This document shows, one piece after another, positions 27,439-36,277 of a stretch of DNA of 57,698 bases. The position numbers and the translations under genes are program-made. This stretch comes from Minisyncoccota bacterium (GTDB lineage Bacteria; Patescibacteriota; Minisyncoccia; Moranbacterales; GCA-2747515): NCBI GenBank assembly GCA_937936355.1, contig CALDDM010000028.1, forward strand, positions 1-57,698, given 5' to 3'. The notes beneath the pieces are model-generated. The model worked only from the letters and a program-made list of their open reading frames with translations, was not told where the DNA came from and made no database searches. Positions within the stretch are counted from its first letter, which is position 1; the number at the start of each line of letters is the position of its first letter.

Positions 27439-27444
27439 GTTTTT

Positions 27445-28347
27445 ATGAAGACACTGACGGATAAGCAGCGAGAGGGGGTGCAGAAAACTCTTTTGAAGTG
27501 GTACCGCGAAATGGGACGACATGACTTGCCATGGCGCAAAACATCAAGTCTTTACTGTATAGCGGTGTCAGAGATCATGTTGCAGCAAACAAATGTTCCA
27601 AAGGTTATAGGTAAGTATGCAGATTTTTTAGATAGGTTTCCGACAGTGGAGGTGCTTGCATCTGCTAGGCAATCAGATGTTCTTAAGATGTGGCAGGGCC
27701 TTGGATATAATCGTCGTGCGATAAACCTGTATAAGATGGCGCAGTGCATAGTTGATGATTATGATGGCAAATTTCCAGAATCTATCGATGCACTTGGTGA
27801 TTTACCAGGCATAGGGCCCTATACGCGAGCAGCAATTTTGGCCTTTGGACGCAATGCTGACGTTAGTGCTGTTGATGTTAACATTGATCGGTTTGTAAGG
27901 AGGTTGCATGGTCTGAGAGTTTGGGATAAAAAGTTGTCAGAAAAAATTATTGCTCAGTATGTGCCGCAGGGTAAGTCACGTGATTGGCATGGTGGAGTGA
28001 TGGATTTTGCATCTGTAATTTGTACAAAGCGCAAGCCTAAGTGTTTGCAGTGTCCATTTAATAAGGTATGTAAATCATATCCTGATCCAGATGATTATAC
28101 GGTAATCAAGAAAAGAGAGGTGGGAAGGACAGAGTGTGGAAAGCATATTCCACGGCGAATTTATAGAGGGCGTATTGTCGAGGTCTTACGCAAACAACCA
28201 TATACAGCAAATGAGATTGGGCAACACGTGAAAAAAGACTGGAACGCGCAGCATGATAAGAAATGGCTGGATGATATACTGAAGACTCTCCAAAAAGAGG
28301 AGATGATCATAGAGAATGAAAATAGAAAGCAGTGGCAATTACAATAA
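27445..28347 (+). CDS. mutY: MutY-like adenine DNA glycosylase (HhH-GPD + 4Fe-4S) with non-NUDIX, winged-helix-like C-terminus
   Basis: 'SEIMLQQTNVPKVI.KY..F..RFPTV..LA.A', 'LPGIGPYTRAAIL', 'VDVNIDRF', Cys cluster 'CTKRKPKCLQCPFNKVC'. Start moved to 27445; the N-terminus 'LLKWYREMGRHDLPWR' matches MutY. Confidence 0.85.
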   Translation: MKTLTDKQREGVQKTLLKWYREMGRHDLPWRKTSSLYCIAVSEIMLQQTNVPKVIGKYADFLDRFPTVEVLASARQSDVLKMWQGLGYNRRAINLYKMAQCIVDDYDGKFPESIDALGDLPGIGPYTRAAILAFGRNADVSAVDVNIDRFVRRLHGLRVWDKKLSEKIIAQYVPQGKSRDWHGGVMDFASVICTKRKPKCLQCPFNKVCKSYPDPDDYTVIKKREVGRTECGKHIPRRIYRGRIVEVLRKQPYTANEIGQHVKKDWNAQHDKKWLDDILKTLQKEEMIIENENRKQWQLQ

Positions 28348-28365
28348 AAAAAATAAGGTCTTGCT

Positions 28366-29319
28366 ATGTCGATAAAAAAAGTCATCACGGTCAGTCCGCG
28401 AGGATTTTGTGCTGGTGTGGCACGATCGGTGGATGTTGTGAAGGATTGTTTAGAAGTCTTTGGGGCACCGATCTATGTCAAACATGCAATTGTACACAAC
28501 AAGACGGTTGTAAGTGATTTGGAGAGGCTTGGTGCAATTACAGTAGAGGATGTGGCTGATATACCAGAGGATGCGATAGCAGTGTTTTCTGCTCACGGTT
28601 CGCCTCCGGAGCACTATGAGCAGGCGCGTGCTCGCAATGTGCGTGTTATAGATGCGACATGTCCACTTGTGACAAAGGTTCATATTGAGATTGTTCGCTA
28701 CATTAAGGACGGGTATAAGGTTATTTATATAGGCCATACAGGTCACGTAGAGGGGATTGGTGTGCTTGCAGAAGCGCAGGCGATTGGCGAGGATGTTCCA
28801 CTGGTTGATAATATTGATGATGTTTCAAAGATTGATTATGATCCCGATGAGAAAATTGTAATCCTGACGCAGACCACGCTAAGCGTTGATGAGACGCAGA
28901 AAATCATAGGTGCGATTCTGGAAAAATATCCACAGGCGCAACAGCCAGCTGCTAGTGACATATGCTACGCGACGACAAATCGTCAGGGAGCAATTAAAGC
29001 TCTCGCGAAGAAGGTTGATGTCATTTTTGTTGTAGGTTCTGTAACATCTTCGAATTCCAAGCGACTTGTAGAAGTTGCCCAGCAGGAGGATGTGTCAGCA
29101 TATCTTATAGACGATGTCTCAGAAATTCGTGCAACCAGTTATGAAAGTGTGCAGAGTGTCGGTATTAGCGCTGGCGCTAGCGCACCTGAGTACCGCGTGC
29201 AAGAGATCGTAAAATATTTTGAAGACCTTGGGGCAACGAGCGAAATGTATGACCCGATCGACGAAAATATGCATTTTATAGAACCTCAAGAACTTACACG
29301 GGCAAAGGAAGATTTATAA
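28366..29319 (+). CDS. ispH: 4-hydroxy-3-methylbut-2-enyl diphosphate reductase
   Basis: 'PRGFCAGVARSV', 'IVHN', 'SAHG', 'DATCPLVTKVH', 'VVGS..SSNS.RL' are IspH/LytB motifs. Confidence 0.95.
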   Translation: MSIKKVITVSPRGFCAGVARSVDVVKDCLEVFGAPIYVKHAIVHNKTVVSDLERLGAITVEDVADIPEDAIAVFSAHGSPPEHYEQARARNVRVIDATCPLVTKVHIEIVRYIKDGYKVIYIGHTGHVEGIGVLAEAQAIGEDVPLVDNIDDVSKIDYDPDEKIVILTQTTLSVDETQKIIGAILEKYPQAQQPAASDICYATTNRQGAIKALAKKVDVIFVVGSVTSSNSKRLVEVAQQEDVSAYLIDDVSEIRATSYESVQSVGISAGASAPEYRVQEIVKYFEDLGATSEMYDPIDENMHFIEPQELTRAKEDL

Positions 29320-29344
29320 AATGCCCCTCCGATCAGTTAGATAC

Positions 29345-30304
29345 CTAAAGAAAGCTATTTATAGCCTGCTTGGCTTTGCTTATGTCGTCTACGAAGTGAA
29401 TATTCGCTCCGTCTTTTTGCCATCGCTTGAGCCACGTACTCTGTCTTTTTGCATACTGATAACTCGCATGTGTGAGTTTTTCGTGGAATTCCGTTTGAGA
29501 TATTTCTCCGTGTAAAAGGCGTGTGCACCACAAGTACTCTAGTCCAAATGATTGCAATCGAGACCATGGAACTCTGTGTTTTGTATGTAATTTCTCTACT
29601 TCTGCCAGCATACCTTCATCAAGTCTCTTCTGTAGTCGGCGTGATATGCGTTCATGTAAGACTTTTTTGGAATATGATGGTACGATGATGAGATTTGTAG
29701 CATTGAGGCCGTCATAATCGACAGTATCTTGTGGCGGCACATGTCCGATTTTTTCGATGATTTCAAGAGCTCTTATAAGACGGGGGCGATTATTGAGGGC
29801 ATTGTCTGTTGCAATACTTTGGTATCGGCGCATATCGGCACTCTGCAAGAGTGTAGCAAGCTCTTTGGTTGAAATCTTATTGAGTTGCTTGCGTAGTGTT
29901 GGGTCTGGAGGGACTGCTGGAAGACTTCTGTCTTCGAGAAGGGCCTGTGCCCAAAACATCGTTCCGCCGCAAATGATTGGCAACTTACTTCTGCGTTGCA
30001 TATCATTGTGAATACGACTTGCACGTGCAACAAATTTACCAGCATTGAATGCGGTGTTTGGATGGTGCGTATCAATCATATGATGATCAATTCCATCGAT
30101 AACGTACGGGTAGCGCGTGACAAATGATTGATTAGAGCGCTTCTGGATAGCCCCGGGTTCTTTGCCTGTGCCGATATCCATGTGTCTATAGATCTGACGA
30201 GAATCACAACCAATCACTTCACTATCAAATAATTTTGCTATAGTGATTGCATAGTCAGATTTTCCTGACGAAGTTGGTCCAACAATGTAGAGTGACTTTA
30301 GCAT
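29345..30304 (-). CDS. miaA: tRNA dimethylallyltransferase
   Basis: 'IVGPTSSGKSD.AI', 'IGCDSRQIYRHMDIGTGK', 'HHMID'. Confidence 0.95.
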   Translation of the reverse strand: MLKSLYIVGPTSSGKSDYAITIAKLFDSEVIGCDSRQIYRHMDIGTGKEPGAIQKRSNQSFVTRYPYVIDGIDHHMIDTHHPNTAFNAGKFVARASRIHNDMQRRSKLPIICGGTMFWAQALLEDRSLPAVPPDPTLRKQLNKISTKELATLLQSADMRRYQSIATDNALNNRPRLIRALEIIEKIGHVPPQDTVDYDGLNATNLIIVPSYSKKVLHERISRRLQKRLDEGMLAEVEKLHTKHRVPWSRLQSFGLEYLWCTRLLHGEISQTEFHEKLTHASYQYAKRQSTWLKRWQKDGANIHFVDDISKAKQAINSFL

Positions 30305-30384
30305 TGTGATAAATCAATGGGCTTTGCTAGGGATTTTTTCATTGTTTTTCTTGTGACGGGAATCTTTCTTGTCACAATTATTTT

Positions 30385-32205
30385 TTACTGAGCGTTTTTA
30401 CTCTCCGAATCTGTTGTCTGGGGATTGAGAAGCGACTCTTTTACGCTTGCTATAAATTCGTCAAGAAGTATTTCTCCTGCATCGCCTAGTTCACGTGATC
30501 GTACACCAACGCCCCCAGTTTTCATTTCTTTTTCGCCGACGACAAGCATATACGGGATCTTCGATTTTTGTGCTTGTCTGATTCTCTTGCCGAGCGTCTC
30601 TGGTTCATTGGAGAGTTCTACTCGAAAACCTTCACGTTGTAATTTCTGTCGAACATCTCTGCCATAATCATCTATATCAGAAGTCACTGGAATGATTGTC
30701 ATCTGCACAGGAGAGAGCCACAGCGGAAAGGCGCCAGCAAAATGTTCAATGATCACACTTAAGAAGCGCTCCATAGATCCTGCGATTGCACGGTGGATCA
30801 TGACTGGACGCTTTTTCTCACCGTCTGCGTCGATGTATTCTAGTTCAAAGCGCTCTGGCTGTACGAAGTCAAGTTGGACTGTTGCTAGCTGCCATTCGCG
30901 CCCTAGCGCGTCTTTGAACATGAAGTCAATTTTTGGACCATAAAATGCCGCTTCACCCTCAACCACTTTATGGTCAAGGTTTTGCTGTAGGCAAATATCG
31001 GTGAGTATGGCCTCTGCTTTTTCCCACAGGGCGTCTTTGCCAAGGTATTTTTCTGGCGTTGCATTGTCGCGAACGGAAACGGACACCCAATAATTTCCAT
31101 CGTTAAAGAGATTTAGTGACGTATAAAACTTCCTGATAACATCAACAATATTAAGCACTTCCTGTTCTATGTCGTCTTGCGCACAAAAAACATGACCATC
31201 ATCGATTGATATTGATCGAACACGTGATAGGCCAAGAAGCTCGCCAGCCTGCTCATCTCTGTATTGCATGGTTAATTCCATATAGCGCTGTGGCAAGTCT
31301 CTGTAGCTGCGTGGTTGAGAGTTGTATATCTGGGCATGATGTGGACAGTTCATAGGCTTGAGCACGAATTCTGTTTTAGATTGTCCTTGCACCTTGAAGA
31401 GTTCATCACCAAATTTTTCCCAGTGGCCTGATTTTTCGTAAAGGTCTTTTTTTGTTATGTGTGGGATTACAACTCGCTCGTAGCCATATGCTGATTGCAG
31501 GGTTTGAATTTTTTCAATAATCAATTCCCTGAGGAGGGTGCCTTTGGGTGTCCACAGAGGAAGGCCGGATCCAACAAGGTCAGAGAATGTAAAGAGATCC
31601 AACTCTTTACCAATCTTGCGATGATCACGTTTTTTTGCCTCCTCGATCAGTGTGAGATGATTATCAAGATCATCTTTTGAATCAAATGCAAGTCCATAGA
31701 TGCGTGTAAGCTGATCATTGTTTTCGTCTGCGCGCCAGTAGACACCTGAGAGAGTTGTTAGTTTAAATGACTTGGCGTCTATCTCTTCTGCTGGCTTTTC
31801 GCTATGACCTCCACGACAGAGATCTGTGAAAGAGTTCTTTTCTGATCCTGCGGTGTATAGAGTAATTTCTTCTCCCTTTTCGAGAATGTCATCAATAAGC
31901 TCTAGCTTGTATTTGTTGTCGCCATAAAGCTCCTTGGCTGTGTCTGCTGTAACAGTCTTGCCTGTCATTTCCTTCCACTGCGGGAGCATCTTGCGCATCT
32001 GCTTTTCAATTTTTTTGAGATCTTTTTCGCTTGGTGGCTCTGGAAAGTACATATCATAATAAAATCCTGTATCTGTCGCCGGGCCAATCGTTGGTTTGGC
32101 GTCGGGATATAGGCGTAGTGTTGCCGCAGCGAGGAGGTGTGCGAGTGTGTGACGCTTTTTTTCCAAATCTTCTGGTGATATTTTGTGTTCGCTGTTATTG
32201 GGCAT
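30385..32205 (-). CDS. thrS: Threonyl-tRNA synthetase lacking the N-terminal TGS domain
   Basis: 'HTLAHLLAAA…IGPATDTGFYYD' (editing-domain start), class II motifs, C-terminal anticodon-binding domain. Start moved from 32328 to ATG 32205, because codons 1-41 of the track ORF coincide with the T-box antiterminator/terminator. Confidence 0.93.
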   Translation of the reverse strand: MPNNSEHKISPEDLEKKRHTLAHLLAAATLRLYPDAKPTIGPATDTGFYYDMYFPEPPSEKDLKKIEKQMRKMLPQWKEMTGKTVTADTAKELYGDNKYKLELIDDILEKGEEITLYTAGSEKNSFTDLCRGGHSEKPAEEIDAKSFKLTTLSGVYWRADENNDQLTRIYGLAFDSKDDLDNHLTLIEEAKKRDHRKIGKELDLFTFSDLVGSGLPLWTPKGTLLRELIIEKIQTLQSAYGYERVVIPHITKKDLYEKSGHWEKFGDELFKVQGQSKTEFVLKPMNCPHHAQIYNSQPRSYRDLPQRYMELTMQYRDEQAGELLGLSRVRSISIDDGHVFCAQDDIEQEVLNIVDVIRKFYTSLNLFNDGNYWVSVSVRDNATPEKYLGKDALWEKAEAILTDICLQQNLDHKVVEGEAAFYGPKIDFMFKDALGREWQLATVQLDFVQPERFELEYIDADGEKKRPVMIHRAIAGSMERFLSVIIEHFAGAFPLWLSPVQMTIIPVTSDIDDYGRDVRQKLQREGFRVELSNEPETLGKRIRQAQKSKIPYMLVVGEKEMKTGGVGVRSRELGDAGEILLDEFIASVKESLLNPQTTDSESKNAQ

Positions 32206-32220
32206 ATGTGTATAGTTGAG

Positions 32221-32465
32221 ATAATAAAAAACCTTTCGTCCAAAGAAATAACCTGATAAAAACTTACCAGGCAAATCCTGTGGTAAGTGTGATCGTATTT
32301 CTTGGGACGAAAGGTCTTTTTTTGACATTCCGCGGTTCCACCCATAATTCCTCCTATCTTTTCATGTGATGAGATAGGGGCTCTTTTTGTAATCGTCTTT
32401 AGCTCGTAGAGTACTCTCTTTGTGATAAGAGTAATGCACGCGGTAAGCGCATCAATCAGACATAC
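32221..32465 (-). promoter_or_regulatory. T-box riboswitch leader of thrS (Stem I region, Stem III, antiterminator/terminator)
   Basis: The minus strand at 32349-32330 reads AAUUAUGGGUGGAACCGCGG (T-box consensus AAUUAGGGUGGNACCGCG). Antiterminator: UGGG(32344-41) / 7-nt bulge UGGAACC(32340-34) / GCGGAA(32333-28)…UUUCGU(32312-07) / CCCA(32306-03). Competing terminator: 32321-32305 pairs with 32241-32232, then U6 at 32231-32226. Stem III is CCUAUCU/AGAUAGG (32378-32353); an AGAGAG element lies at 32419-32414. Confidence 0.8.
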
Positions 32466-32467
32466 AA

Positions 32468-32496
32468 ACTATACAATACCTGGGGATTTCAGTAAA
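32468..32496 (-). promoter_or_regulatory. Candidate promoter TTTACT-17-TATAGT for the thrS T-box leader
   Basis: On the minus strand: -35 TTTACT (32496-32491), 17-nt spacer, -10 TATAGT (32473-32468). Confidence 0.5.
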
Positions 32497-32558
32497 TATT
32501 GACATGATTTACATAAAATGATCTGCTGGATTCCAGTGGTGGCGTCTGATTTAGTGGT

Positions 32559-35500
32559 TTATAGCGTAGCACTTTCAATTTCATCAAGTATTTCTTGGGT
32601 TAATTCGACTTTATAAGTCGTTTTCATTTTTGTTCCAGCATGTTCAAGATAGATTGTTGTTGGTCCATCAGTAGCGGTATCGAGTATTTTCTTGAGCACA
32701 TTAATTGTTTCCACACCTTTTTCTTGTGGTAGTGCGATCACGTGCTCTTGGGGTTCTTTTGCATTTTTTGTTTCAGAATGATTTTGATTTTTTAAATCTT
32801 GTGATTCTTTTTTGTATTTGCCATGTGTTTTTTCGACACGTTTTGCATAGTGATTTTCTTCTGGGGTAATTTCTCGCAATGTATTTCCGATAAATTTGAG
32901 TTCACCATCTTTTCCTGTAAATGTTCCTTGGATCACAAGGGGAGTGCCATCAATGAGCATCGCTTTGACTTCTTCGTATGTTCGCGGAAAGATGAGGCAT
33001 TCAATTGACCCAGTTCCATCTTCAAGTGTTACAAAGGCCATATTCTTACCGCTCTTGAGGAGGATCACGGTTGTTGAGATGATGATTCCGCCGATTGTGG
33101 CTGCTTTCTCATCAAGCTCTTCTGCCTGATCTTCGCTAAATGTGCCAAGTTCCGTGCAGATGTTTGCAAAAAATGCTTTGTACTCAGTGGCAGGATGGTC
33201 AGTGACATAGAGACCAAGAAGCGTCTTTTCCCAGTCGAGTCTTTGTGCTTTGGTTGCCGGTGGTGCGTCAACGAGTTTTATTGTGGCGCGGGATAGGTCT
33301 GTGGCGCCAAAGAGAGAATCTTGGTTGCTGCGCGCACTAGCGCTTAAGTCTTTTACGAAAGCGATGATGTGATCCATGCTTGCGATGATTTGTGCGCGTT
33401 CTGCAAATTGATCAAAAGCACCTACTTTTGCTAATGCCTCTATTGATCGTTTATTGAGATCTTTGGAATGAATGCGTGTGCAAAAGTCAGATAGATCTTT
33501 GTAGGGACCGTCTATCTTACGCTGCGCAACAATGTCTTTTGCGACTGTGTGACCGACATTTTTGATTGCGCCAAGGCCGAATCTGATGTGAGGATGCTCT
33601 TTTTTTGCATCATTTTTGTCATAGATCACAGCGAACTCCTCATAGCTTTCATCAACGCTTGGGGGAAGTACATCGATACCCATCTCTCGACACTCAGCAG
33701 CTTCAATTGCGATGCGGTCGGTGTTGCCTTGATCACTTGTCATTAATGCTGCCATGAATTCAGCTGGATAGTGTGCTTTTAGATAGGCGGTCTGATAGCC
33801 GATCAGGCCGTAGCACGCAGCATGGGAGCGATTAAATCCGTATCCTGCAAATGGCTCAATAAAAGCAAAGATCTCATTGGCGATATCTTCTGAGATTTTG
33901 TTTTTTACACAACCCTCTGCAAATTTAATTTTCTGCTCCTGAATGAGATCAATGATCTTTTTCCCCATTGCTTTACGCAAAATGTCGGCCTCACCAAGTG
34001 TGAAGCCAGCAAGGTCTTGCGCAATACGCATAACCTGCTCTTGGTAGACAGCTACGCCATAAGTGTCAGACAGAATATTTTCGAGTCGTGGATCGAGGTA
34101 GGTGACTTCTTTGCGCCCATGCTTGCCATCGATGAAGTCAGGGATCCATTCCATGGGTCCTGGTCTGTATAAGGCAACCATTGCTATCACATCTTCAAGG
34201 TTTGTCGGGCCCAGCTGTTTAAGGTAGCGCTTCATACCACTGGACTCAAGTTGAAAAACACCAGTTGTTTGACCCTTTTGTAGGAGCTCAAAAGCTTTTT
34301 TGTCGTCAAGTGGAATTCGTTCAATGTCAATCTTTTCTCTATGAATCTTCTCGACAATTTTGATTGTATTTTGAATTATTGTTAAGTTTTTGAGTCCGAG
34401 GAAATCAACTTTTAGGAGTCCAATTTTCTCGACTGCGCTAAATTTTGTGCTTGAAGCATATTGTGTCACAAGGGAGTCTTCGCCTTCACTGGCACGTTGC
34501 AGCGCAGTGTACGCAACAACCGGCTTGTCTGTGATTACAACCCCACATGCATGAATGGATGAATGCCTATTCATACCTTCTAATTTCTTGGCGATATCAA
34601 TTAAGTCTTTTGCGTCTAAGTTTTCCTCATAGAGTCTTTTGAAATCAGGCACATCTTTGAGTGCGTCATCAATTGATGAAAACATTGGAATGAGCTTGGA
34701 GATTTTGTCGCAGAAATCATAGGCAAACCCACTTGCACGCCCAGCATCGCGTATGGCAGCCCGTGCAGCCATTGTTCCAAAGGTTATGATTTGTGCGACA
34801 TGATCATTTCCATATTTTTCTCGTACGTATTGTAAAACATCGTCACGCCTGTCATCTGCGAAATCCATATCTACGTCAGGCATTGAAACACGTTCTGGAT
34901 TCAAGAATCGTTCAAAGAGGAGTTTGTATTCTATAGGATCCATGTTGGTAATACCTGTCAAAAAAGAAACAAATGATCCTGCAGCGCTACCGCGTCCTGG
35001 TCCGACAACGATCCCTTGGCGACGTGCCCAGTTGGTGAAGTCTTGTACGATGAGGAAGTATGATGCATACCCTGTTTTTTCGATGATGCCCAATTCATAC
35101 TCCATGCGCTCCTTTTGGATTTCTGACATTTCTACAGTGCCAAAATGCCTCTCAAAGCCAACGTGGCATAACTTGAGAAGCTCGTCATCTGCCGTTGAAT
35201 TTTCTGGGAGAGGGTAATATGGCAACTTTGTATTACCCATTTCAATGATGAAATTGCAACGATCTGCAATTTTTTCAGTATTACTAATTGCCTCTGGATG
35301 ATCTTTGAAGGCTTCCATCATCATGTGGGATGACTTGAAGGAGAGATCGAGATGTTTTTTATTTGGTCGATCACCCTCGTCAACTTTGCGGTTCATACCT
35401 ATACATAAAAGAACATCATGAATTTCACGATCCTCTTGGTTGGTGTAGTACACGTCACCTGCAGCAACTAGTGGTATGCCGGTTTCTTGCGCTATAGCTA

Positions 35501-36089
35501 TGATGCCTGTGTTGATTTTATCTTGCTCGGGATAATTGGGGTTGTGGCATAATTCGAGAAAGAAGTTTGCATTGCCAGACTCGTCAACGCCAAAAATATC
35601 TCTATAAAGAAGGGCTTTTTTTGTTGCGCCCTCGGTGTCTCCTTGTGAGACGAGCGTGGCGATTTCGCTTGTGCTATTGCCAGATAGGGCGATGATGCCT
35701 TTGGCATATGTACGAAGAATTTCGTAGTCGGCACGTGGGTCTGGATGCGTTGTTCCTATCTGTGCTGCTGTGACAATCTCTAGGAGGTTGTGATATCCTA
35801 TGTCGCCAGTAGCTAGGAGGACAATCTGATATGTATTTCCACTGCCAGTTGTTGCTGACGACGCTTGTGCACCTAGGGGAGCTATTTGGACTTCTGCGCC
35901 AATAATTGGCTTGATGCCGACCTCCTTGGCTTTCACAGTAAAATCAACGAGACCGTAGACGGCATTGATATCTGTAAGCGCCAGTGCGCTCATCCCGTCT
36001 TTTTTGGCTGCATCTAAAAGATCATCGACCTTTGCAAGGCCCTGTAGCAGTGAAAAATCAGAGTGTGTATGAAGGTGAACAAATGACAT
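32559..36089 (-). CDS. dnaE: DNA polymerase III alpha subunit
   Basis: 'FVHLHTHSDFSLLQG' PHP domain, 'GRGSAAGS', 'PD.D.DF' palm, OB fold; 1176 aa. Confidence 0.97.
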   Translation of the reverse strand: MSFVHLHTHSDFSLLQGLAKVDDLLDAAKKDGMSALALTDINAVYGLVDFTVKAKEVGIKPIIGAEVQIAPLGAQASSATTGSGNTYQIVLLATGDIGYHNLLEIVTAAQIGTTHPDPRADYEILRTYAKGIIALSGNSTSEIATLVSQGDTEGATKKALLYRDIFGVDESGNANFFLELCHNPNYPEQDKINTGIIAIAQETGIPLVAAGDVYYTNQEDREIHDVLLCIGMNRKVDEGDRPNKKHLDLSFKSSHMMMEAFKDHPEAISNTEKIADRCNFIIEMGNTKLPYYPLPENSTADDELLKLCHVGFERHFGTVEMSEIQKERMEYELGIIEKTGYASYFLIVQDFTNWARRQGIVVGPGRGSAAGSFVSFLTGITNMDPIEYKLLFERFLNPERVSMPDVDMDFADDRRDDVLQYVREKYGNDHVAQIITFGTMAARAAIRDAGRASGFAYDFCDKISKLIPMFSSIDDALKDVPDFKRLYEENLDAKDLIDIAKKLEGMNRHSSIHACGVVITDKPVVAYTALQRASEGEDSLVTQYASSTKFSAVEKIGLLKVDFLGLKNLTIIQNTIKIVEKIHREKIDIERIPLDDKKAFELLQKGQTTGVFQLESSGMKRYLKQLGPTNLEDVIAMVALYRPGPMEWIPDFIDGKHGRKEVTYLDPRLENILSDTYGVAVYQEQVMRIAQDLAGFTLGEADILRKAMGKKIIDLIQEQKIKFAEGCVKNKISEDIANEIFAFIEPFAGYGFNRSHAACYGLIGYQTAYLKAHYPAEFMAALMTSDQGNTDRIAIEAAECREMGIDVLPPSVDESYEEFAVIYDKNDAKKEHPHIRFGLGAIKNVGHTVAKDIVAQRKIDGPYKDLSDFCTRIHSKDLNKRSIEALAKVGAFDQFAERAQIIASMDHIIAFVKDLSASARSNQDSLFGATDLSRATIKLVDAPPATKAQRLDWEKTLLGLYVTDHPATEYKAFFANICTELGTFSEDQAEELDEKAATIGGIIISTTVILLKSGKNMAFVTLEDGTGSIECLIFPRTYEEVKAMLIDGTPLVIQGTFTGKDGELKFIGNTLREITPEENHYAKRVEKTHGKYKKESQDLKNQNHSETKNAKEPQEHVIALPQEKGVETINVLKKILDTATDGPTTIYLEHAGTKMKTTYKVELTQEILDEIESATL

Positions 36090-36277
36090 GGAGGTATATA
36101 AATAGTGAGTCAGAAAACAAAAAAGACGACATTAAAAAATGTCCCCCGCATGGATTGAAATTCGTGTATTCATAATGTTGTAGCAACATGCCGAAGTGTG
36201 ATTGCTCAGTCACTGTGGCCATGATGATTTACCGCTTCATTATACAAGATGGTTATTAGCTTGCGCAACAACTTTCT

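Noticed and set aside
30348-30375. TTGTGAC…GTCACAA hairpin followed by TTATTTTTT between thrS and miaA
   Set aside because: The U-tract is on the plus strand, while both flanking genes are transcribed on the minus strand. It cannot act as their intrinsic terminator, and its function is unclear.
32206-32345. The N-terminal 41 codons of the 647-aa thrS ORF, and the 126-aa ORF (31965-32345) preceded by an apparent AGGAGG-N4-ATG
   Set aside because: The 'Shine-Dalgarno' is the 3' arm of T-box Stem III, and the ATGs fall within the T-box sequence and antiterminator. A terminator with a U-tract lies between them and the conserved ThrRS sequence.
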